26,741 nucleotides of DNA from a virus (IMGVR_UViG_3300006752_003262:1-26741); one strand, 5' to 3'; shown: positions 17,166-26,100, numbered from the stretch's first letter. The notes: generated by a model from the sequence alone, not told the origin. A program made the numbers and translations.

Positions 17166-18631
17166 TGGCGTGGAACTCAAGTTCAAATAAATCTCTTCAA
17201 GATGCAATCTCGGGGCAGCAAAAGGCTGCTTCTGTTTCGGTAGGCGCACCAGTCTCGTACAGCCCGTCGTTGACCGGCAATGATCGTGGGTATCACGATG
17301 GTTGGGATATCACTAAGGCTTATAAAGAGGGTGTGTCTAAGGTTACTTGGGTGTTCCGCTGTATTGATGTTATTTCATCAAACCAGGCACGCCTACCTAT
17401 GATGTTCCGCAAAGACAACAATCCGTTTGGTGAGGTTGTCGGGGATCACTCTATGTTGAAATTGTTCAACAACACTGCAAATGACGGAGAGAACGCTTTT
17501 GCCTTCAGGTATCGTTTATCTTCGCAGTTGCTGATTAGTAGCCGTGGTGTCTTTGTTGAGATTGTTAGAGGACGTGGCGGTAAGCCTATTGCGTTACATC
17601 TGCTACCCCCACAGAACACTTCGCCCATTCCCGATGTAAACAAGTTTGTGAAGGGGTTTGAGGTTCAGATTAGTGCGATGGAGAAGCGTACTATTAAACC
17701 CGAGAACGTTATCTGGATTCGCCGCCCGCATCCACTAGACCCTTATCTATCTATGACTCCGATGGAGGCAGCGGGTGTTGCTATTGAGCTAGAGAACTTG
17801 GCTAAGATTTATAACCGTAACTTCTTGATTAACGATGGACGACCGGGCGGGCTGTTGGTTCTTCGTAGTGAGATTGCTGACGAAGATAAAGAGGAACTTC
17901 GTTCCCGGTTCCGTGGCAATATTGGTCGTGCAGGGTCGGTTGGTGTCATCTCATCGGATGACGGTGCAGATTTCGTAGACACTGCTGCGAGTCCACGAGA
18001 TGCTGCTTACGTACAGATGCGTACTATTACAAAAGAAGAGATTCTTGCTGCGTTTGGTGTACCTGAGTCTATCATCGGTAACTCGTCTGGTAGGACTTTC
18101 TCTAACGCTATGGAGGAAGGTAAGGTTTTCTGGATGGAAACCATGTCTCCGCACCTTGACTTGATTGCTCGTTCCTTTGATAAGATTGACGACTCTTTCT
18201 TTGTGGATTTTGATGTGAACAACGTTCCCATTCTTGTCCTCGCTAAGCAAGAGCGTGAGCGTCACCATCTGACAGAGTTTCAGACTGGCTTGATTAGTGC
18301 CAATGAATACCGTGAAGCGTCCGGCAGGAAAAAGGTTGTTTCTGACATTGCGGACTCTCTCCTTTCTAACCCGAACCAGACCCCAATTGCAAATACAGAA
18401 AAGCCCATGAATGATCAGGGTACTGTCGAAGAGGGTGTGCCGTTAGATGTTCAGGCACAAAATGCTCAACAGTCCGTGGTCACAGAGTTTAGCCCAGAAG
18501 AGGGCGGCTTTGTTGAAGCAGGTACTGTAACAGGTACTGAAAATATTGAAGCTCCTGCATCACAAGTTCCAAGCGAATTAGAAGGCGATGAAGCGGAGGG
18601 TAAGAAGAGTGCCCCTTTTCAGCAGGTCTAA
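17165..18631 (+). CDS. Portal protein, HK97 family, with acidic C-terminal linker
   Basis: VFRCIDVIS...ARLP, NFLINDGRPGGLL, EEILAAFGVP, ANEYR. Confidence 0.95.
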   Translation: MAWNSSSNKSLQDAISGQQKAASVSVGAPVSYSPSLTGNDRGYHDGWDITKAYKEGVSKVTWVFRCIDVISSNQARLPMMFRKDNNPFGEVVGDHSMLKLFNNTANDGENAFAFRYRLSSQLLISSRGVFVEIVRGRGGKPIALHLLPPQNTSPIPDVNKFVKGFEVQISAMEKRTIKPENVIWIRRPHPLDPYLSMTPMEAAGVAIELENLAKIYNRNFLINDGRPGGLLVLRSEIADEDKEELRSRFRGNIGRAGSVGVISSDDGADFVDTAASPRDAAYVQMRTITKEEILAAFGVPESIIGNSSGRTFSNAMEEGKVFWMETMSPHLDLIARSFDKIDDSFFVDFDVNNVPILVLAKQERERHHLTEFQTGLISANEYREASGRKKVVSDIADSLLSNPNQTPIANTEKPMNDQGTVEEGVPLDVQAQNAQQSVVTEFSPEEGGFVEAGTVTGTENIEAPASQVPSELEGDEAEGKKSAPFQQV

Positions 18632-18644
18632 AGTTTGGTGACCT
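18595..18644 (+). promoter_or_regulatory. Predicted -1 programmed frameshift cassette 1
   Basis: GGAGG (18595-18599), 13 nt, in-phase C.CCT.TTT (18613-18619), then stem aggtc/gacct (18624-18644). Confidence 0.75.
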
Positions 18645-19413
18645 AGGTAGATACACAACTTGGGAAGAAAAAGCTCTATACAGGGTTGAGTCGTTAGAAG
18701 ATCAACTGTCTAAGCAGTTAGACGTTATTATTGACGCTCAAGAGCAGACAGTTCTTGATGCCATTAACACGCAGGCCACATCAGCTTTACTGACATTAGG
18801 GGAAGACGCCAACTTCGCTTCAATTGTCCCCATGTCGGCTTTAGCTGTAAGTACCATCCCTCTCACAGACTCAATGAAAGACATTTACCAGCAGGCGATT
18901 TCTGACAATATAGAAGAAGGTTATGGGGAATCTGTAACCGCAGAGCAGGCAGATGCCGCAATCTCTGAGCACCTAGCTACGGTAAACAATTTCAACTCCA
19001 CGACACAGGATCAAGTTGAAGTTTCCTTGGCCTCTGCATCGTTAGGGCGTGACAAGGACGGTAATGATCTAAACATTACTTTCAAGATTATTTTGGCTAC
19101 GGTGCTTATTAAAGCAGTTTTCAATAAATTGCGAAGTAATCGCAAATCTATGATTGTAGACTCGGCTGTTCTTGGCCCATATAACCAAGGACTGTATGAT
19201 TCTGCTGCTAGTGCCGATACTGGTCTGAACAAAGAGTGGATTTCGTTGAAGGACGAGAGCGTGCGGATCAGTCATCGACAGTTACACGGTGATAAAGTCC
19301 CTGTTAGTAGTGCCTTTTATGTGGATGGGACTCCGATTAGATTTCCGAAAGACCCATTGGCCCCTCCGGGCTTGACAATTAATTGTCGTTGCGTGTTAAA
19401 GTTTACGAGATAA
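18619..19413 (+). CDS. MuF / SPP1 gp7-like head morphogenesis domain, probably made as a portal-MuF fusion by -1 frameshift
   Basis: KEWIS..D..VR.SH..LHG, RFPKDP, INCRC. The frame is open from 18604, but the first ATG (18832) has no SD. Confidence 0.85.
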   Translation, partial: SAGLKFGDLGRYTTWEEKALYRVESLEDQLSKQLDVIIDAQEQTVLDAINTQATSALLTLGEDANFASIVPMSALAVSTIPLTDSMKDIYQQAISDNIEEGYGESVTAEQADAAISEHLATVNNFNSTTQDQVEVSLASASLGRDKDGNDLNITFKIILATVLIKAVFNKLRSNRKSMIVDSAVLGPYNQGLYDSAASADTGLNKEWISLKDESVRISHRQLHGDKVPVSSAFYVDGTPIRFPKDPLAPPGLTINCRCVLKFTR

Positions 19414-19448
19414 TATATAAACCCAACGCACACTTTTTATATAAACCC
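19414..19448 (+). repeat. 11-bp direct repeat TATATAAACCC x2 (24-bp period)
   Basis: Copies at 19414-19424 and 19438-19448, upstream of -10-like TACTAT (19474-19479). Confidence 0.85.
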
Positions 19449-19509
19449 TCTCTAATGGTTCAGTTGCAGAGTGTACTATATGAGTGTCGCAGTATTCTTA
19501 AGGAGAGTC

Positions 19510-21126
19510 ATGACCAATTTAATTGAGCAGTCAGATGTTGCTGAGAACACTGATCCCGATTTTGATTTTAAGGCAATTTCCGGTCAAATCGGCATTGACA
19601 AAGCACAAGGCGTGGTTGAAGCGTTTGTGTCTGGTATTGGTAACAAAGATTCAGTCGGTGATGTGGTGGTTTCCGGTGCGTTTAATGGCTCTCTTAAACG
19701 GCGTAAGCCTCGTGTTGTGTGGGGCCACGATTGGAACCAGCCTATCGGTAAGGTTCTGGAAATTTATGAAGTTCCCAAGAGTGATCCTCGCCTCCCAGAA
19801 AAGATGAAGCAGGCAGGCATCGGCGGGCTATTTGCCAAGGTTCAGTTCAACCTCAACACCGAGCGTGGTCGTGAAGCTTTCGCTAACGTAGCTTTTTACG
19901 GTATGGACCAAGAGTGGTCAATCGGTTACAAGACAATTACAGCCGACTTTGATGCTGGGCGTCAAGCAAATATGCTTAAAGAAGTTGAGTTGTACGAGAT
20001 GTCTCCTGTTCTGCATGGAGCTAACCAACTGACTGGGACAATTTCTGTCAAAGACGACAGTGAGGGCACTGTTGAAAAGGGGGGAGTATATAGCATGGAT
20101 GACGACAAAGACGCTCCTTCTAACCGGGTGGACGCATTGTCAGCGATGATGGGACGTATGCTGTCTCAAGCGCTCAAAAAGCCAGTTCAGATTGTAGAGA
20201 TCACTGGTAACTCTGTTGTGTTCCAAACGGGTGAGGACATGACGTGGATGGCTACTTTCACTCGTGAGGGCGACCGTATTATGGTAGGCAAGCCGACTCG
20301 TGTAAAGCCGACGACTTCTTACACCCCCGTTGGTGATGAGGCCCCACCAGCAATGATGGTTAAAGACCCGGACGAAAAAGACGCTGAAGAGCCTGAGGGG
20401 GTCCGTGCTGATGACGACGAGCAGGGGACGTGGGCTACGCCAGACATTGCGCTGGCATGGTCGAAGACTCTAGGGTGCTCAGGGTATCACTCCCACGGTG
20501 GAGGCTACATGCCGTGCGAAACGCACGAAGAGTATGAGGAAGCATTGAAGAAGTTTGATGGGAATGCTAACATCAACTCACACAATAACTATTTAGCAGG
20601 TGTGGATGTTGATGAAGCCAAGGATGCTGCTTGCGGTTGCGAGTCAGAGAAGGACGCATGTGCTTGCGATACCTTGGAGGAGAAGGGCAGCATGATTCGT
20701 TATCAGAAGCCTGACTACTTGAAGGACCCAATGGCGTTATTGCTTATGGCTTACAATGAGATGCTAAAGATTCGTGGAGCAGGCGATTTGCGGGAAGCAA
20801 CGTTGAGCTTAATTAGCGAAGTTGAGAACTTTTTGACGGAGGCTCCCATGTCTCGCCCAATGGAGCAAGGGGAGAAGGCGACTTCAGGGTTTATTGTGCA
20901 TGTTAAGTGTTCAGAGGTGGAGTCGTTTGATGTTAGCAGTGCTGTTGCACAAGTGCCGGTGTTTGCGTTCAAGTCGGAAGACGGCGTTGACTTGCACTTC
21001 TCGGCAAAGGTTGAGCATCAAGAGTTGCTTGAGAAGGTAGCTTCAGCGCTTGCTGTGCTTTCTTTTGAGCCTAATATTTCAGTATCCAAGCCCGAGGACC
21101 TTGACACTGCTGCCGGTGTTGAGTAA
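19510..21126 (+). CDS. HK97-family prohead protease with long multi-domain C-terminal extension
   Basis: DSVGDVV..GAF, WGHDW (His), EWSIGY (Ser), ELYEMSPVLHGAN; SD aaggag before ATG 19510. Confidence 0.93.
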   Translation: MTNLIEQSDVAENTDPDFDFKAISGQIGIDKAQGVVEAFVSGIGNKDSVGDVVVSGAFNGSLKRRKPRVVWGHDWNQPIGKVLEIYEVPKSDPRLPEKMKQAGIGGLFAKVQFNLNTERGREAFANVAFYGMDQEWSIGYKTITADFDAGRQANMLKEVELYEMSPVLHGANQLTGTISVKDDSEGTVEKGGVYSMDDDKDAPSNRVDALSAMMGRMLSQALKKPVQIVEITGNSVVFQTGEDMTWMATFTREGDRIMVGKPTRVKPTTSYTPVGDEAPPAMMVKDPDEKDAEEPEGVRADDDEQGTWATPDIALAWSKTLGCSGYHSHGGGYMPCETHEEYEEALKKFDGNANINSHNNYLAGVDVDEAKDAACGCESEKDACACDTLEEKGSMIRYQKPDYLKDPMALLLMAYNEMLKIRGAGDLREATLSLISEVENFLTEAPMSRPMEQGEKATSGFIVHVKCSEVESFDVSSAVAQVPVFAFKSEDGVDLHFSAKVEHQELLEKVASALAVLSFEPNISVSKPEDLDTAAGVE

Positions 21127-21129
21127 AAT
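21101..21129 (+). promoter_or_regulatory. Promoter TTGACA-N17-TAAAAT
   Basis: Near-perfect consensus; the -10 starts with the protease TAA stop; inverted repeat ttgagta-aaa-tactcaa (21119-21135) covers the -10. Confidence 0.75.
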
Positions 21130-21153
21130 ACTCAAGAGCAATAGGAGTTCAAA

Positions 21154-22992
21154 ATGAGTGAAAATATCAATGACGACCTTGACAAGTTTGAAGAAATTGA
21201 AGCACTTCTTTCTGTTGAGGAAAAGGATGCTGCTGAAGACGAGAAGGACGATGCTCCTGTCTTTATGACTGAAGTTCTCTTTAAAGAGGCTGTGGAAACA
21301 GGCGACCTGCTAGACGAGACTGCATTTTCTGCGCTTGATCCTGAGGATCAAAAGGGCTATGAGATGATCAACGTTGTTAACGAAGAGACTAAAGAGCCTT
21401 TGGGCTGGATGTTCCGTTACAAGGCTGACGATGTAGATGAAGATGTCGAAGTCAAGGAAGACGCAGAGGCAGAAGTCGTTGCTGATGAGACTGACGGTGA
21501 GTCCGTTGAGGAGATTACAGACTCGGTTGACGAGAAGACCGCCTCAATCATGATGCAGATGGTTGCTGATGACGAAGAGAAAATGCCAGAAATGGTCATG
21601 ACTGATTCCCGATTGAAGCAGATGGAAGATGACGACGACCTTATTAACGAAGAAAAGTATGAAGGTCTTGACGATGACGCCAAGGATTCATACGAGGCAG
21701 TAGAAGTTGTTGATGAAGATTCTGGCAAGGGATATGGCAAGCGGTATCGCCGCCGTAGCCCGCTTGAAGTTAGCGCCATGCGTAAGGGTGAGGCAGTAGA
21801 GAAGGCCGATGAGACTGCGTTAGAGGAGAACGTTGTTGAAGTTGAGGAAAAGGGCGAGATGGCCCCCGAAGACATGTTTGACACGGAAGAAGAGGCACTC
21901 AAGCGTGCTGCCGACTTAGGTTGTGAGGGCACTCATGGTGCTGGCGATAAGTTCATGCCTTGTTCAACTCATGACGAGTGGGATAAGCTGAGTTCCGCTA
22001 AGCCTAAAGATAAGCCGGAAGCTTCTCCTGAAGCGGCTCCTGAGGCTGCTGAGAAGTCAGACGACTTCCTGTGCGGGTTCCAACGTAAGTCTGTTGCTCA
22101 GCCGTGCGATTTCTGTCAGGGTGGTTGCGCTCCAGAAGACGGTCTGCCCGGTTTGGCAGAGGTTGAGTCAGTCGTTAAAGTTGCGCACCCTGGTGAAATT
22201 GTTGGATCGGGTTACTCATCCACGGATGATATGTTTGTCATTGACGTTAAGTGCGAGGATGGAACATGCATTGAAGTGTTCCTGACAGGCGAAGGCGACG
22301 AACTTGGTTGGTTGCGTGTTGACGAGAGCCTGGTAGAAGGTAAGTCAGCCGAGGAACTGAACATCATTTCTTCATCTGACGCAGAAGCCGTTGCGGTCAA
22401 AGCCTTTGATGATATGGAGCTTGACACCTTGGCTGAAGTAATGGGCATCATGGTGGACGTATTCGCTGATGAAGATGTGTACGTTGTTGAACTTGACTCC
22501 GATAAGAAGAGCTTTGACTTCTACGTTTCTGTAGAGGGTAAAGTCTTAGGCTACGACGAGTACGACACGATTGAGGACTTTGCTTATGACATGAGCGAAG
22601 AGGAAGAGATCAAGGCACTTGAAGCCGAGCTTGAAATCAAGCGCATGTACTCACGTGAGCAACGTGAGGCAATGGCTGAGTCTGGTGAAGCTATGGAGGA
22701 TGGATCATTCCCGATTGCTGACGAGGCTGACCTCAAGAATGCCTTGGCCGCTTTCCAGCGTGCTAAGGATGTTGACGCTGCTAAAGCCCACATTGCTAAG
22801 CGAGCAAAGGAGTTGGGTCTTGAGGAAATGCTTCCTGAGGGCTTTGCTTCCAGTGAGGATGAAGCTCCCGAAGCTCCTGAAGCTGAGAAGCCAGAAGCCG
22901 AGGCAGCGGTTGAAGGCGAAAAGTCTGACGACTCCGAGTTGCTTTCCGCTCTAGATGAGTTCCGCAGTTTGATGGGAGACGATCTTTCCTGA
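21154..22992 (+). CDS. Very acidic multi-domain head-assembly/scaffold-like protein
   Basis: SD aggag; lies after the protease; contains a duplicated 53-aa unit, a DUF3721-like motif, a 4-Cys cluster, two PepSY-like units and a C-terminal DGSFPI domain. Confidence 0.8.
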   Translation: MSENINDDLDKFEEIEALLSVEEKDAAEDEKDDAPVFMTEVLFKEAVETGDLLDETAFSALDPEDQKGYEMINVVNEETKEPLGWMFRYKADDVDEDVEVKEDAEAEVVADETDGESVEEITDSVDEKTASIMMQMVADDEEKMPEMVMTDSRLKQMEDDDDLINEEKYEGLDDDAKDSYEAVEVVDEDSGKGYGKRYRRRSPLEVSAMRKGEAVEKADETALEENVVEVEEKGEMAPEDMFDTEEEALKRAADLGCEGTHGAGDKFMPCSTHDEWDKLSSAKPKDKPEASPEAAPEAAEKSDDFLCGFQRKSVAQPCDFCQGGCAPEDGLPGLAEVESVVKVAHPGEIVGSGYSSTDDMFVIDVKCEDGTCIEVFLTGEGDELGWLRVDESLVEGKSAEELNIISSSDAEAVAVKAFDDMELDTLAEVMGIMVDVFADEDVYVVELDSDKKSFDFYVSVEGKVLGYDEYDTIEDFAYDMSEEEEIKALEAELEIKRMYSREQREAMAESGEAMEDGSFPIADEADLKNALAAFQRAKDVDAAKAHIAKRAKELGLEEMLPEGFASSEDEAPEAPEAEKPEAEAAVEGEKSDDSELLSALDEFRSLMGDDLS

Positions 22993-23009
22993 TTGGGGGT
23001 TAGGCTATT

Positions 23010-23189
23010 ATGAGACCCGCAGAAGTGGGAAGCAGGATTAGCCTCGCTAACGAAGCCTTACTTAATGTAGGGTCCAGGATTGTTTTAGGCTCCACGGTAG
23101 ACATCGAAGCGGTAGAATACCTAGAGGACGATGGCGTAATTTATGAGTTTAGACCGTTAGAGAGGTTTGGCGATTCTGATGCTGACTGA
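23010..23189 (+). CDS. 59-aa hypothetical protein (not in ORF track)
   Basis: MRPAEVGSRISLANEALLNV...FGDSDAD*; fills the gap and overlaps the next start. Confidence 0.6.
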   Translation: MRPAEVGSRISLANEALLNVGSRIVLGSTVDIEAVEYLEDDGVIYEFRPLERFGDSDAD

Positions 23190-26100
23190 AATTGAAAGAG
23201 CAGAGGTTGGAGCCTTTACCCTTAAAGTGGGACCTGAAGTCGGGCCTAACGCTGATGCTCTGACGAGTCTTACTCGTGGACGAGGGCCACGTAGGGGTAA
23301 CCTAGAAGACCTCTTGAAGTACTGGCGTCCGATCATGAAGAAGCCTGGCGGTTTTCGCCGTTGTGTCGTCATCCTCATGGATAAGCCTCAGTTTGGCGGC
23401 AAGCCTCAGCGAATCTGCGCTTGGTTGCACCACGAGATCACGGGCAAGTGGCCCAACGAAGGCAAAGGCAAGGGCAAGGGTAGCCGTAAGCGTCGTGGCC
23501 GTAGTGTACGGCGTGTTAGCAGTGCGGCTCGTAGGGGAAAGTCTGGGGAACTCTCTTCACATAATCAGGTGATTGAAGTGTCTCCTTTGCGTATCGCAAT
23601 TCGGGAGTCTAGAGACTTTGGTGGCGTGCTGGTTCAGCCTATTGCGGGTCGCCAGGGCGCAGTCGATATGAAGGCTGCGATGTTTTCTACGTATGCCTTA
23701 AAAGTCCCTGTCAACGAGGCGGTAAATGAAAAACGAGTGGGCATTTTTGGCGCTAACTCTCGTGCAGGCCAGGCCGCTCAAGCGGCTGGTAGTATTATTC
23801 TTCCGGGCGACATTTCAGATATTCGTAGCCCAATCCGATCACAAATTTATGAAACACTAACACCCGGTGGCGGTCGTGGTCGTCCGGGTATTCCTAGCGC
23901 TAGGCGTTTGATTGGTGGGCTAGGGCGTCGTGGTAGCCGTAGCACTGGTGGTGTGCGTAATAAGTTTAGGTGTCCTCCCGGATTCCAAAAGGGCGGAACC
24001 TTCACAAACGCTCAGTTCAGTACCTGTGGTGCTCAAATTTTGGGTATTCCTGGTAAGGGTGTAGGCTCACCTTCTTCTGGGGCGCAGCGAGCTTTGGCTG
24101 CGTTGGCTCGTGACGCTGCTCTTGTTCGGGAGATTGGTGACCTTCGGAGCAACCGTAATCCTTATGATATTATTCGTGCGGCTCAGATTCCCGTTGCCCC
24201 CAAGAAGGGTAGCCCCACCCGGAGGCAGACCTCTATCAACAATGTGTTGTCCCGTGCAGACGAGGCCGATTTCAGTTTGCGTGCTGTTAGGCGTGACGGC
24301 GTTATTTTGGAACCTGTTGTTTCTTTGCAGGCTTTGGGTAAGCTTGACGAGTTTGACGATTTAGCTGATGGTACTCTAATTGATCGGTATACTTCCGGGC
24401 AGATTGGTAAGGACATTGTTCCTGCGTTTTCTACAGGTCTTCGTGATGTTTATGTTGACATCCCTGAGTCGGGTTCAGTAAAGATTAGCAGGGTCGGTGG
24501 CGAGTTGACACCTACCGAAGTAGATAGTCTTCGTAGAAGTTTCCCTACTTCTATGCGTCGGGCAGCTAATTTACCTGACCCAAGCGCCGGAATCCGTGAC
24601 TATGCAGATAGGTCCGATGGTAGGTTCTCGGTAGACTTTGGTGAACTGAAAAACAATAAGTTTGAGGTTGCGGATAACAAGAACAAACTGATTCGTGTTG
24701 AAACGGCAGGCGGTAAAACTCTGAGTGTTCCGCAGTGGGTTTACGATACGTTCCTGTCTCGTTCTGCGCCACGCCGAGCAAAGAACGCTCCGGTCTATGA
24801 GATGATTTCGGAGGAGAAATCGGTAAACCCTTTTTTCTTATCCACCAAGACGATCACGGCGCTGACGCACCGAACGGCCAATTATCACGACTTGATTGAA
24901 GTTCGGGCCGCTATTTTTGCGGAGGGCCGAGACAACATTCAGTTTAAGAAGCGTCGTGCTGGTGGGCGTGCTCGTGCAATGTTCAATCCGGGTCTCAACC
25001 GATATCAGTGCCCTCCCGGTACTCGATATGGTGGTCGTATTACTGACCAGTTTGGCCGGAACTGTGGCTATTCCCTTCCACGAACAGTGGTTAACAGTTT
25101 GGTTGACCTTGGTACCCGTATTGAGGACGGTATGGAACGTCGGCGTAAACGTCGTCAGGAGCGTGGTTCCCGTCGTGAGCGTTTGGGTTCTGCTGTTAAG
25201 GAGAAGTACGATAATTCTTTAAATAAGCTTGCTGACGTTATGGACAAAATGGCTAGCGTTTTGGACAAGACGGAGGATAAGCGTCCGGGTCGGATTGGTC
25301 CGAGTATTCAGGATCGACGGAATGCTGCTGAGTTGACAGATGAAGATCGTAACCTTTTGGGGGGTGCGCCTTTAGCTGACGCTTTAGATAATTTAAAGAA
25401 TGTTGTTAATGGACAAGACTTTAATAACCCTGATCTTCCTGAGCTTCAAAAAGCCTATAAGGCTGTGGAGAAGGCTGCTGGTTTAGAGGCCGGTCGTCTT
25501 ACGGACAATCCTCCGAAGACTGACAATGACCGCAAGATGGGCAAGCGCATACTTGATTCAATTGCTGGTATTTTGGACCGGATTGCTAATTTTGTTGATC
25601 CTGATACATCTCGTCGGGACCGAAGTGAGAACCGTCGTCCTGCTGCGTCTGCTGCTTCGGCTCCGAAGGCTCCGAAAAAGTTTGATTCTCCTCGGAAGCC
25701 TAAGAATGTGGACAACTTTGCGCAGCAGTCTATTGGTGGCCGTCGTAAGAAGGTTGATGTTCCTGAGCTTAAAGACTTGTCTGATGATGACAAGACGAAG
25801 TTAGACGTTGCAATTCAGAGTGAGTTTAATGAGTTGTCATCGTTTTGGGCTAATCGTCTAAACAAAGATATTAATGATTTTTCTGAAAAAGATATTCGGA
25901 AGTATCTAAAAGCCAACAAGAAAGATAAGGACGCCCGTCTTGAGCGCCGTCGTTATAATGACTGGTTAGAACTTAACGAGTTGAAGCGTGCCCAAGACGA
26001 GTTGCGTTTTGATGACGATTACGAAGATTTCATTGGTCGTCTTGCGCCGAACCGTCGTGATTCTATTGTAAGTTCACTGAAGCCTCCTCAAGACCCTCCG

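Noticed and set aside
18832-19413. Stand-alone 193-aa MuF gene starting at ATG 18832
   Set aside because: No SD, it would leave a 200-bp gap, and the frame is open and protein-like back to the slippery site. Not fully excluded.
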